Assembly: GCF_000011465.1 (NCBI RefSeq)
Contig: NC_005072.1
Span: 1,170,001-1,202,000 of the forward strand
Origin: Prochlorococcus marinus subsp. pastoris str. CCMP1986
GTDB lineage: Bacteria; Cyanobacteriota; Cyanobacteriia; PCC-6307; Cyanobiaceae
Direction of reading: 5' to 3'
Length of the DNA: 32,000 bases
Shown here: piece by piece, positions 9,882-18,848 of the stretch
Layout of the letters: the number at the start of each line of letters is the position of its first letter
Position numbering within the stretch: the stretch's first letter is position 1
Position numbers and translations under genes: made by a program
The notes under the pieces: generated by a model
The model's database searches: none
What the model was told of the DNA's origin: nothing
Seen by the model: only the letters and a program-made list of their open reading frames with translations

Positions 9882-11048
9882 ATGGTAATTCCAAAGTTTG
9901 GTTTTCTTGAGAGACCTGATATTGATTTATTGAAGTCTTTTAAAATAAAAAAATATTTATCTGGATGGAAATATTATTTAGGTCGATATAAATATCCAAA
10001 TTTTACAGGTAATTTGATAAATTATGTTATTGGACCAATATTAAAAAATAAATTTGTTTTTTTAAGGTGTGATTGTGATCATTTTGGACCGTGGACATAC
10101 TTATTTCTGTTTACAAAATCTCAACTATTTAAAAAAGATAAAATTTATTTTTGTTTAGCTAGAAAAAATACTATTAATAGGCATTGGATTAATTTATACA
10201 GAAAAAAAAATCTTATTTTAATTTTTAATCCTATATTACATTTTATTTTATCACCCTTATTTTTTGCTCCTATTATTGCATTAGATGTTAACGCTCATAA
10301 CTATATTTCATTTTTTAGAAATAATATCAAATATAAGCATTTCAGAAGAATGAATGAATTGAGTGACGATTTTTTAGCATCAATAAACAATGATAAGTCA
10401 TTACCTAAAAGAAATGAATCAATATTTAATAATAAAATTGTATTACTCTATGCGAGAACAGGAAATTGGAGATTTTCAATAAAAAATTCAACTAGAAATA
10501 TGTCCCTAGAGGCATCGAACGAATTAATTAGAATTATTAGCAAAAGTTATAACGTTTTTTTAGTAGGTGATACACAATTCTCAAATAAATCTAAAAATAA
10601 AAATATTTTTGATGAATCATATCTTTTAAAAAATAATATATCAATATCAGAAATATATAAAAGGGCTTCATTTGTTATTGGGAGTTGTTCAGGGGGTACT
10701 CATTTCCCTTCACTTATTTTTAATATTCCCACTTTATATATAGCTGATATACCTTTATGGCACTTGAAAGCTATTTACAACCTCCCAGCATCTAATTATA
10801 AAAATTTATCAATTCCTAAGAAAGATAAGTGGTTACTTATCTCGAAAGAAAAATTTAATTCACTAACTTCTAATCAATATGAAGATATTTTACAAATATT
10901 TTTCAAGGGGGGGGATATTTCATCTATTAAAGAATTCAATACTTACAGATGTGATAGATCCTTTAATAAAGAGGAACCAGCATTTACTAAGGATAAGAAA
11001 GGAAATATACATATTTCAGAATTCAGTTATAACACTTTGGGTATTTAA
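9882..11048 (+). CDS. hypothetical protein, possibly a GT-B-like glycosyltransferase (function unknown)
   Basis: The 388-aa ORF has an ATG start and no convincing TM helix. The C-terminal half (KIVLLYARTGNW...VFLVGDT...FVIGSCSGGTHFPSLIFNIPTLYI) resembles the C-terminal Rossmann half of GT-B/heptosyltransferase-like enzymes. From memory it also resembles the TIGR04372 'putative glycosyltransferase' family, which I have not verified. Confidence 0.55.
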   Translation: MVIPKFGFLERPDIDLLKSFKIKKYLSGWKYYLGRYKYPNFTGNLINYVIGPILKNKFVFLRCDCDHFGPWTYLFLFTKSQLFKKDKIYFCLARKNTINRHWINLYRKKNLILIFNPILHFILSPLFFAPIIALDVNAHNYISFFRNNIKYKHFRRMNELSDDFLASINNDKSLPKRNESIFNNKIVLLYARTGNWRFSIKNSTRNMSLEASNELIRIISKSYNVFLVGDTQFSNKSKNKNIFDESYLLKNNISISEIYKRASFVIGSCSGGTHFPSLIFNIPTLYIADIPLWHLKAIYNLPASNYKNLSIPKKDKWLLISKEKFNSLTSNQYEDILQIFFKGGDISSIKEFNTYRCDRSFNKEEPAFTKDKKGNIHISEFSYNTLGI

Positions 11049-11104
11049 GAAAATATTTACAAATAGAATTATTTTTTTTTATTGATAAAAATTGATGATT
11101 ATTG

Positions 11105-11113
11105 TGCTATAAT
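11105..11113 (+). promoter_or_regulatory. extended -10 promoter element (TGnTATAAT) upstream of the ten-gene operon
   Basis: TGCTATAAT at 11105-11113 lies 35 nt upstream of the ATG at 11148, in the 99-bp gap after ORF 9882. I see no good -35 box at 17-bp spacing, and TATAAT is frequent by chance in DNA this AT-rich. Confidence 0.35.
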
Positions 11114-11147
11114 TCATGAGTTTTAAATGCTTATTTGATAAGCTAAT

Positions 11148-12122
11148 ATGCCAATACAAAGTATCAAAAATGATAAGATTCTTGAGAAAATAAATTCTTT
11201 AAAAATTTTAAATAATTTTGAGAATCAAAATTTAGATCATTTTAATCAATTCAAAATAGCATTACATATTAGGGCGATAGAAGAGGCAATTGTATCACTT
11301 GCAAAAGACAATAAACTTAGAGGTCCAATTCATTCTTATGTTGGAGAAGAAGCAATCGCTACAGGTGTTCTCTCTCACGCAAAGCCAATTGATGCAGTTA
11401 CTAGTACACATAGAGGACATGGGCATTACATTGCTAAAGGAGGAAATATTTCTATGCTAATAGATGAATTACATGGGAAGGAGTCTGGTTGTAATGGAGG
11501 TAAAGGTGGTTCTATGCATGTCGCAGATTTATCGATAAATCATTTTGGAGCGAATGGAATCGTGGGTGGAGGAGTACCAATAGCCTGCGGGATCGCACTT
11601 GCAAATAAATTAGATAAAAAGGATTCTATAGTCTTCTGTTTTTTCGGAGATGGGGCTTCTAATCAAGGCGTAGTATTAGAAAGTTTTAACTTAGCCGGAT
11701 TTTTATCTCTTCCTATAGTTTTTATATGTGAAAATAATCAATTTGCACAATCTACAAAACTCTCTGATATTTCTTTAACCTCGGTTGCAAAAAAATCACA
11801 AGGATTTGGCATTAAAAGTATAGAGGTGGATGGCCTAAATATTTCGGAAGTATATAGTAAAACCTCTGATGCCGTTAATTACACAAGAAATGAAATAAAG
11901 CCATATCTAATTCAAGCAAATACTTATAGATTTCATAGACATTTTGTTTCAGAGAAACCTAAACCTATAGATTACTTGGATGAAAATTTTCATAAAGAAT
12001 TCTTATCAAAGGATCCAATAATAAATTATTGTTACCGAAATAAAATTGATTTCATCGTATTAGAAGATTACTTAACTAATATAAAAGATATTATTTTTAA
12101 TTATTCAAAAAATATAAGTTAA
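11148..12122 (+). CDS. thiamine-diphosphate-dependent E1 component, alpha subunit-like (pyruvate/acetoin dehydrogenase E1 family)
   Basis: YVGEEAIATGV, THRGHGHYIAKG, GKGGSMH and the ThDP-binding motif FFGDGASNQGVVLESFNLAGFLSLPIVFICENNQFA are all characteristic of E1 alpha (E1_dh family). Confidence 0.85.
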   Translation: MPIQSIKNDKILEKINSLKILNNFENQNLDHFNQFKIALHIRAIEEAIVSLAKDNKLRGPIHSYVGEEAIATGVLSHAKPIDAVTSTHRGHGHYIAKGGNISMLIDELHGKESGCNGGKGGSMHVADLSINHFGANGIVGGGVPIACGIALANKLDKKDSIVFCFFGDGASNQGVVLESFNLAGFLSLPIVFICENNQFAQSTKLSDISLTSVAKKSQGFGIKSIEVDGLNISEVYSKTSDAVNYTRNEIKPYLIQANTYRFHRHFVSEKPKPIDYLDENFHKEFLSKDPIINYCYRNKIDFIVLEDYLTNIKDIIFNYSKNIS

Positions 12123-12124
12123 TT

Positions 12125-13054
12125 ATGAAGCTAATAGAAAAATTTAGGGAAGAATTATTTAAAGAATTTGAATCTAATAAAGATGCAATTTACCTTGGTG
12201 AAGATGTAAGAAATGCCCATAGAGGAATTGCAATAGGTCTTCATGAAAAATATGGAGATAAACAAATCATTGATATGCCTATCTCAGAATCAGCATTTAC
12301 TGGCCTTGCTCTAGGTTTAGCAATTTCAAAGAAGAAAGTTTTTGTTGAATATAATTTTGCTGGACTAGTTTATTTAGGTTTAGATCAAATTTTTAACCAA
12401 GCTCATAAATATAATGAGATGTTAAATACCAATTTGAATTTAGATTTAATCTATATTTTACCGACAGGTACCAGGGGAGGATTGGCAGGCCACCATTCAG
12501 ATAATCCTTATGCTATTTTGAGTCATCTGGGTATTCAGAGCTTTATGCCAACAAATGCAATAGATTGTGAAATGATTTTTAATTATTTGAATGAGAATAG
12601 AAAGCCTACTGCTATTTTTTTACCTGTAGCCTCATTCTTCAATGAAATAGATCAAGATCAAATTGGAAATAATTTTAATTTCGGATTTTATAGAATACAT
12701 AAAGGAAAAAAATTAAACATTATTTGTACTGGAACAACTTATGGAATTATAAGAGAACTTCTTGTAGATTTAAATAATTTAGATCCCAATATCTTTATTT
12801 TAACCGACCTTTCATTTTCAGAAAAAACTATAAATGAAATACATAAGATTGATGATTTCCCAACTATTTTTATAGATGACTCTTTTGAGATTTGCGGCAT
12901 AGCATCTGAAATAAATAAATATATTCCCAAGAAAAATTTAGTAAAACCTCTTTGCAGAATTTCAAAAAATGTTCCTTTCGCAGAACATCTAGAAGCTGAT
13001 GTTATTGTAAGTAAAAAAAGAGTAAAAGAAGTTTTAACGAATTTATCGAAATGA
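12125..13054 (+). CDS. E1 component, beta subunit-like (transketolase-like pyrimidine-binding domain)
   Basis: IIDMPISESAFTGLALGLA matches the E1 beta D-T-P-I-S-E motif region, and GGLAGHHSDNPYAILSHLGIQSFMPTNAIDCEMIF matches the HS-x-x region. The start is 2 nt after the alpha subunit's stop. Confidence 0.8.
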   Translation: MKLIEKFREELFKEFESNKDAIYLGEDVRNAHRGIAIGLHEKYGDKQIIDMPISESAFTGLALGLAISKKKVFVEYNFAGLVYLGLDQIFNQAHKYNEMLNTNLNLDLIYILPTGTRGGLAGHHSDNPYAILSHLGIQSFMPTNAIDCEMIFNYLNENRKPTAIFLPVASFFNEIDQDQIGNNFNFGFYRIHKGKKLNIICTGTTYGIIRELLVDLNNLDPNIFILTDLSFSEKTINEIHKIDDFPTIFIDDSFEICGIASEINKYIPKKNLVKPLCRISKNVPFAEHLEADVIVSKKRVKEVLTNLSK

Positions 13055-13959
13055 ATAACTTTGAATTATTATCTTTGGGCATATATAAGAAATCAGGGGA
13101 GATTTCAGTTGAGAAGAATTTTATAAAGCAACTTTATAAAGATGCTGATGCCCACCCTAGAAATAGATCAAGAATATTAATTCACAAAGATTCTGAATCC
13201 ATTCCTCAAGAAATGCTCATTGCATTTACAAGTAAATCAATTGTAGAGGTATCTACTCATACATTTCCAGAATCATTCACTGTTTTAGATGGAGTTGCAA
13301 AATATATTTTTTACGAGGAGAGTGGAGAATTAATAGGAGATATTTTACTTTCACCCTATGAAAATGAAGGGACATTCTACTGCTTTATTCCAAAATCTAC
13401 CTTTCATAGATTTATTCCCTACACAGAAAATAGCTTAGCTCACGAAGTTGGCTTTTCTAATTTTGATAAAGAATTTACAACTTTATATCTTGATAAACAA
13501 TTCAAGGATATTTCTAGAAAAACTAATAAAGAATATTCAATTGTACCCAGAAAAATAATTAATAATAAACTAAATTTCAAGGAAAAAGAATTTAATGAAT
13601 ATACACAAATTGAAATTAGTGGAGGAATTATTTCCATTTCTCATGAAAACGTACAAGAATTTATGTCAATTAAAAAACCTGTTTTATTAAAAATTAAAGA
13701 TCAAATTCCTGCATTTATAAATGAAAATATTTTAATAATTCAGACTAATAAGGAATTTATAATAGATACAGAAATAAATCTTCAGACCATATCATTAATC
13801 ACTGGCTCTATAACCCTAATTTTGAGTAATAATCAATCTATTAATCTTAAAAAGGGAAATTCTATTTTTTATACCTGTGCAAATGAAATCAAAATATGTA
13901 AAATCATTAATTCCAATAATCAACTAGCAATAGTAAAATTTACTTCACATACAAAATGA
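13051..13959 (+). CDS. WbuC-family cupin protein with a C-terminal extension (possible bicupin)
   Basis: HPRNRSRILIHKDSESIPQEMLIAFTSKSIVEVSTHTFPESFTVLDGVAKYIFY matches the WbuC cupin signature seen in O-antigen loci. The protein is about twice the usual WbuC length, and its C-terminus (ISLITGSITLILSNNQSINLKKGNSIFY) looks like a second cupin beta-strand pattern. An ATGA start/stop overlap links it to the upstream gene. Confidence 0.65.
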   Translation: MNNFELLSLGIYKKSGEISVEKNFIKQLYKDADAHPRNRSRILIHKDSESIPQEMLIAFTSKSIVEVSTHTFPESFTVLDGVAKYIFYEESGELIGDILLSPYENEGTFYCFIPKSTFHRFIPYTENSLAHEVGFSNFDKEFTTLYLDKQFKDISRKTNKEYSIVPRKIINNKLNFKEKEFNEYTQIEISGGIISISHENVQEFMSIKKPVLLKIKDQIPAFINENILIIQTNKEFIIDTEINLQTISLITGSITLILSNNQSINLKKGNSIFYTCANEIKICKIINSNNQLAIVKFTSHTK

Positions 13960-15212
13960 CCAAAAATATTTATAGTTATAAAAGGAATAATTGTAGGCTC
14001 TGCTCAAGCAATGAATTATTAAAAGTTTTAGATGTTCCAGCTTCTCAACCAGTTGATGGATTTAGACCACACTCTCATGAATATCTAAATCTCCCAAGAT
14101 TTGAAATGGATCTTTATATATGTAGGAGATGTGGGCATCATCAATTATTAGATATTGTAAAGCCTCATTTATTATATGGTTCTTACATTTATACCAGTTC
14201 TAGTAGCCCCGATCTAAAATTACATTTTAAAAAGTATGGAGAATATTTAAAAGATAAATTAAAAATTGATAATTCTAAGAATATTTTAGATGTTGGCTGC
14301 AATGATGGTTTATTCTTAAAAACACTTTCCAAATATTCTTGCAATTTATATGGTATAGATCCCGCTCCAAACATTAAAGATAACTTTAAAGATGCATCCT
14401 ATAAGTTTTTTTCAGGTTATTGCAATTATGAAAATCTTAATAATTTATCGGATAAATTTAAAGTAAAAAGTTTTGATTTAATTACCGCTAACAATGTATT
14501 TGCACATGCTGATAACTTAGAGGAAATGCTTTCAAGCATAGTAAATAAACTATCTGATAATGGTAAATTCTGTTTTGAAGTATCATATATACTAGATATG
14601 GTTGAATCTAACGTAATTGACTATATATATCATGAGCATTTAAGTTACCATGGCATTAAATCTCTTAAGCCTTTTTTAAAAAGATTTGGGTTATTTATTT
14701 ATGACATACAAAGAATAAATACAAAGGGAGGAAGTATAAGAGTTTTATGCACTAAAAAAGAAATTGAAGAAAATACTCAACTAATTACTGATTTTATAAA
14801 TTTAGAGGTTAATAATAAATGTTATGACTCTTCAAAGTATGAATCAATACGCTTACAGATTTCTCAGTTTAGGAATAAATTAAATGACTATTTATTAAAA
14901 GTTGATCATAATCATATATTTTCCTATGGAGCTGCTCCTACATCAATAGTTAATTCCTTGTTATTAAATTATGATAAAAAGTTAAATGGTTATTTAGACG
15001 ATAATCCAATTAGGCAAAATAATTTAACCCCAAATAACTTTATTCCAGTATTATCTCCTTCTATATTATCTAAGATTGATAAACCTTTAGTAATAATAGG
15101 AGCTTGGAGGTTCTCAGAAATAATTATACCTAAGATATTAAATATCAATAATAGAACTGATATAATTATCCCATCTCTTTCCGAGGGAGTGAAGTTTTAT
15201 AAAAATAAATAA
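13956..15212 (+). CDS. NDP-hexose C-methyltransferase-like enzyme (TylCIII/EryBIII type: zinc ribbon + SAM MTase + C-methyltransferase C-terminal domain)
   Basis: The N-terminus carries a four-Cys zinc ribbon (CRLCSS...CRRCGHHQL). SAM motif I is ILDVGCNDGLFL. The overall length (418 aa) fits the sugar C-methyltransferase architecture. An ATGA overlap links it to the upstream gene. Confidence 0.75.
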   Translation: MTKNIYSYKRNNCRLCSSNELLKVLDVPASQPVDGFRPHSHEYLNLPRFEMDLYICRRCGHHQLLDIVKPHLLYGSYIYTSSSSPDLKLHFKKYGEYLKDKLKIDNSKNILDVGCNDGLFLKTLSKYSCNLYGIDPAPNIKDNFKDASYKFFSGYCNYENLNNLSDKFKVKSFDLITANNVFAHADNLEEMLSSIVNKLSDNGKFCFEVSYILDMVESNVIDYIYHEHLSYHGIKSLKPFLKRFGLFIYDIQRINTKGGSIRVLCTKKEIEENTQLITDFINLEVNNKCYDSSKYESIRLQISQFRNKLNDYLLKVDHNHIFSYGAAPTSIVNSLLLNYDKKLNGYLDDNPIRQNNLTPNNFIPVLSPSILSKIDKPLVIIGAWRFSEIIIPKILNINNRTDIIIPSLSEGVKFYKNK

Positions 15213-16052
15213 ATGGTCAAAAGAAAAGTTATATTATTTGGCGCATCTGGACATTTAGGAAATTACTTAAATAAAACACTAATTAATAATAATTTTTCTG
15301 TTAAGACACCTTCAAGAATAGAAGTTAATGAAATACTAAATAATAAATATAAAAAAGAATTTTTTGAAGATTCATTTGTAATCAATACTGTTGCAATTGT
15401 TGGCAAAGAAAATTCTAATTCTTGCTTAATTGATGATTTAAAATTGATAAATGAGGAATTTCCAAAGAAACTCAGTGAAGGAGTAAATTTATATAATAGT
15501 AAACTTATACATATAAGTAGCAATAGTGTTTTTGATAATTCTAAGAAACACTTTAGGCGCGATAAAGATACTCCATCTTCAAAAACAAATTACGGTATCT
15601 CAAAAATAAATGCCGAAATAAATATTAAAGAGACCCTTAATAATAAAAAATATATTATATTAAGAACCCCCCAACATTACTCTAATGATATTGATAATCC
15701 AAGAAATTTATTATGTGGAATATATAAGCAACTAAAAAAATATAAACACATCAAAATTACAAGAAATGAAACTTTTTCAATAGCATCTTGTCAAAGAATT
15801 AGTCTTCTTATAGTTCAATTAATTGAAAAAGATTTTTATGGTTTATATCATGTAAGCGAATTAAAAAATTTCAATTGGTTTGAAATAGCAAGAATTTTAT
15901 CTAAAAAAATGGGATTAAATTGGAGAGAATCAATATCAAATGTATATAATGATAAATTACAAATAAACAACACTTTATACCCCTCCAGTGATACTATTCT
16001 TGAAAGCGATATTATCAAAAAAGATTTTTTACAATTTAATTTATTAAAGTAA
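15213..16052 (+). CDS. SDR-family NAD(P)-dependent sugar reductase/epimerase, RmlD-like
   Basis: The Rossmann motif is VILFGASGHLGNYL and the catalytic YxxxK is YGISKINAE. The 279-aa size is typical of dTDP-4-dehydrorhamnose-reductase-like proteins. The start immediately follows the upstream stop. Confidence 0.75.
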   Translation: MVKRKVILFGASGHLGNYLNKTLINNNFSVKTPSRIEVNEILNNKYKKEFFEDSFVINTVAIVGKENSNSCLIDDLKLINEEFPKKLSEGVNLYNSKLIHISSNSVFDNSKKHFRRDKDTPSSKTNYGISKINAEINIKETLNNKKYIILRTPQHYSNDIDNPRNLLCGIYKQLKKYKHIKITRNETFSIASCQRISLLIVQLIEKDFYGLYHVSELKNFNWFEIARILSKKMGLNWRESISNVYNDKLQINNTLYPSSDTILESDIIKKDFLQFNLLK

Positions 16053-16068
16053 CCAACTTAAGGGATTC

Positions 16069-17100
16069 ATGAAAGCAGCCATTTTAGTAAATCAAAAAAA
16101 AAAATTAATTGTTGATGAATTAGATTTACCCACTTCTCTGAAAGTTGGCCAGGTATTAGTAAAATTAGAATATAGTGGTATTTGCGGAACTCAAATTGGA
16201 GAAATAGATGGTGTTAAAGGAGAAGATAAATTTTTACCTCACCTTCTGGGCCATGAAGGTTCTGGAATTGTTGAAAAAGTTGGTCCAGGAGTAAAAACTG
16301 TAAGAGAAGGTGACTCAGTTGTTCTTCATTGGAGACAAGGGAATGGGATTCAGTCTGAACCTCCAAAATATAATTGGAATGGAAAAACAGTCAACGCTGG
16401 ATGGGTAACAACGTTTAATACTAAAGCAATAATTAGCGAGAATAGGTGTACTAAGATTCCAGCTAACATATCTAAAGAGGATGCTGCCTTGTTTGGCTGT
16501 GCTGTAACTACTGGTTTTGGTGTGATCGAAAATAATGCAAAACTAAAGATGGGAGAATCAATTGTTGTTTTTGGAGCAGGTGGAATTGGACTGAATATAA
16601 TTCAAGCTGCAAGGCTTACCTCAGCATGGCCAATTATTGCAGTTGATTTATTTGATAATAGGTTAGATCTTGCTAAGAAATTAGGTGCGACTCATTCGGT
16701 TAATTCATCTAACAAAAGTTATCTTGATGAAATAGAAAATATACTTAAGGATAGAGAACTTGATGTTTTTATTGATAATACTGGGAATACTTCAATAATT
16801 GAGATGGGCTATAATTTAATCAGTGATCAAGGTAGATTAATTTTGGTTGGAGTTCCGAAAACTGGAGAAAATATTAATATATTTTCTCTTCCACTGCATT
16901 TTGGAAAAAAAATAACTGGCTCATTTGGAGGAGAATGTAACCCAGCGAAGGATATCCCTAGATTTATTAAAATGATGCAAAATGGTCTATGGGATTTAAA
17001 AGGTTTAATTACTGAAAGTTATGATTTAGAAAATATTAATGAAGCAATATTTTCTATGAGGACAGGAAAAACATCTGGAAGAGTGATTATTAAACTATGA
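16069..17100 (+). CDS. zinc-dependent medium-chain alcohol/polyol dehydrogenase (MDR family)
   Basis: GICGTQ, GHEGSGIVEKVGPGV and the NAD-binding VVFGAGGIGLNIIQ are MDR hallmarks. I cannot see the four-Cys structural-zinc loop. Confidence 0.85.
   Translation: MKAAILVNQKKKLIVDELDLPTSLKVGQVLVKLEYSGICGTQIGEIDGVKGEDKFLPHLLGHEGSGIVEKVGPGVKTVREGDSVVLHWRQGNGIQSEPPKYNWNGKTVNAGWVTTFNTKAIISENRCTKIPANISKEDAALFGCAVTTGFGVIENNAKLKMGESIVVFGAGGIGLNIIQAARLTSAWPIIAVDLFDNRLDLAKKLGATHSVNSSNKSYLDEIENILKDRELDVFIDNTGNTSIIEMGYNLISDQGRLILVGVPKTGENINIFSLPLHFGKKITGSFGGECNPAKDIPRFIKMMQNGLWDLKGLITESYDLENINEAIFSMRTGKTSGRVIIKL
16094..16104 (+). repeat. A11 homopolymer inside codons 9-12 (QKKK) of the ADH gene
   Basis: Counted directly: c + 11 a at 16094-16104. 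It is the longest in-gene homopolymer I found in the window. Confidence 0.9.
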
Positions 17101-17927
17101 GTATAGAAACTAAAAAATACAATAATTTAATATCCATTTCAACAGAACTAAGAAAAAGGATAATAAAGACTTCATATGAAGCAAAAATTCCCCATATTGG
17201 TTCTTGCCTTTCATGCATCGAACTCTTAGTTTTCCTTTACTGGAAAGAATTAAATATTGATCCAAGTAATTCTGAAGCTATTAATAGAGATAGATTTATT
17301 CTTAGTAAAGGCCATGGAGCTCCTGCATTATTTCAGGTTCTTGGCTTAAAGGGTTTTTTCCCAATTGAAAGGTTAAATTCATTTGGAAAGCCTGGGAGTG
17401 TTTTCCATGAACATCCACCTAAACCTGGTTATATCCCAGGTATAGAGGCTGCGACTGGTTCTCTAGGTCATGGCTTCCCAATGGCCGTTGGCATGTCATT
17501 AGCTAAAAGAATCAACAATCTACAATACAGAACTTATTCAATTTTGAGTGATGGAGAATGTAATGAGGGTAGTATATGGGAAGCTGCTATGTTCGCAGGT
17601 GCTCAAAAACTAGATGATTTGACAATATTTATTGACTTTAATAAATGGCAAGCGACTGGTAGAAGCAAGGAAGTTTTAGCATTAGATCCTTTAAAGGAAA
17701 AATGGCAGTCATTTGGATGGGATGTTTATGAAATAGACGGTCATAAATTCAATCAGATAGATAAATCTATTGAGCTAGCTAAGACCAATAAAAACAAACC
17801 AAGTGCTATTATTGCTCATACTATTAAAGGCAAAGGGGTATCTTTTATGGAAGACAATAATAATTGGCACTACAAAACACCAAATGAAGAGGAATTCAAA
17901 AAAGCATTTGAGGAATTAAAAAATTAA
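17097..17927 (+). CDS. split transketolase, N-terminal (ThDP-binding) subunit
   Basis: LSKGHGAPALF, GSLGHGFPMAVGM and ILSDGECNEGSIWEAAMFAGAQKLDDLTIFIDFNKWQ match Transketolase_N. An ATGA overlap links it to the ADH gene. Confidence 0.9.
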   Translation: MSIETKKYNNLISISTELRKRIIKTSYEAKIPHIGSCLSCIELLVFLYWKELNIDPSNSEAINRDRFILSKGHGAPALFQVLGLKGFFPIERLNSFGKPGSVFHEHPPKPGYIPGIEAATGSLGHGFPMAVGMSLAKRINNLQYRTYSILSDGECNEGSIWEAAMFAGAQKLDDLTIFIDFNKWQATGRSKEVLALDPLKEKWQSFGWDVYEIDGHKFNQIDKSIELAKTNKNKPSAIIAHTIKGKGVSFMEDNNNWHYKTPNEEEFKKAFEELKN

Positions 17928-17930
17928 ATC

Positions 17931-18848
17931 ATGAGAGACGCATTTGCAAATGAAATAAAAAGATTAAGCGAAGCAAATAAAAATGTTGTACTACTTTCTG
18001 GGGATATTGGTAATCGAATGTTTGATAAATATAAAAGTGTATCTCCTGAGAGATTCTTTAATTGCGGGATTGCTGAAGCTAATATGATGAGCCTCGCTTC
18101 TGGAATGGCACTTTGCGGATTAAAGCCTGTAATTTATACAATCACGCCATTCACTACCACTAGATGTTTAGAACAAATTAGAATTGGTGTCGCGTATCAT
18201 AATGCACCGGTAGTAATAGTAGGCACAGGCTCAGGACTATCGTATTCTGAGTTGGGTCCAACTCACCATTCATTAGAGGATATAGCTATTCTCAGAGCAG
18301 TTCCAAATATAAATATTTTAACTCCATCGGATAAGCAGGAATTAACTACACAACTTCAAGAAGCCATTTCAATGAATACTCCTTCCTATATGAGAATAGG
18401 AAAAAAAGGAGAACCAGATTTATTCAACGAATCCCATAATCTAGGAATAGGTAAAGCAAATATATTAAAAGAAGGAGAAGAAATTTTAATTATTGGCATT
18501 GGACCTATTCTTATAGAAGCTATTGAGGCAGCAAAATCCTTGAAAAATGATGGTTTAAATATTGGTGTAGCATCCATGGGAAGTATAAGACCATTAGACG
18601 ATGATTTTTTAAGAAAAATGATTTCAAAGAAATATAAATATTGGATTACTTTAGAAGAACATGGAATAGTTGGTGGTTTAGGAAGTACATTAATTGAATG
18701 GTGTTCCGATAAACAATTGTATGATATTAAAATTAAAAGATTAGGGGTAAAAAATGAATTTATCCATAAACTGGGTAATCAATCTTACACAAGAAATATT
18801 TTAGGAATAGATAAAAAAGGAATTATTAATACAATAAAAGAACTATGA
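17931..18848 (+). CDS. split transketolase, C-terminal (pyrimidine-binding + C-terminal domain) subunit
   Basis: FFNCGIAEANMMSLASGMALCGLKP and GPTHHSLEDIAILRAVPNINILTPSD match the Transket_pyr region. The start is 3 nt after the N-subunit's stop. Confidence 0.9.
   Translation: MRDAFANEIKRLSEANKNVVLLSGDIGNRMFDKYKSVSPERFFNCGIAEANMMSLASGMALCGLKPVIYTITPFTTTRCLEQIRIGVAYHNAPVVIVGTGSGLSYSELGPTHHSLEDIAILRAVPNINILTPSDKQELTTQLQEAISMNTPSYMRIGKKGEPDLFNESHNLGIGKANILKEGEEILIIGIGPILIEAIEAAKSLKNDGLNIGVASMGSIRPLDDDFLRKMISKKYKYWITLEEHGIVGGLGSTLIEWCSDKQLYDIKIKRLGVKNEFIHKLGNQSYTRNILGIDKKGIINTIKEL

Noticed and set aside
11049..11147. The T9 run (11072-11080) after ORF 9882, considered as an intrinsic terminator.
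   Set aside because: I found only a 5-bp AT stem with a 2-nt loop (TATTT-AC-AAATA) before it, which is too weak to call.
11148..13054. The E1 alpha/beta genes read as the housekeeping pyruvate dehydrogenase.
   Set aside because: No E2/E3 partners are adjacent, and the genes are translationally coupled to sugar-modifying enzymes inside a glycan locus. The housekeeping interpretation is therefore unlikely, although only a whole-genome check can exclude it.
17097..18848. The split transketolase read as the Calvin-cycle/pentose-phosphate transketolase.
   Set aside because: Housekeeping TktA is a single polypeptide of about 670 aa. Here two short subunits are embedded by ATGA overlaps in an accessory operon.
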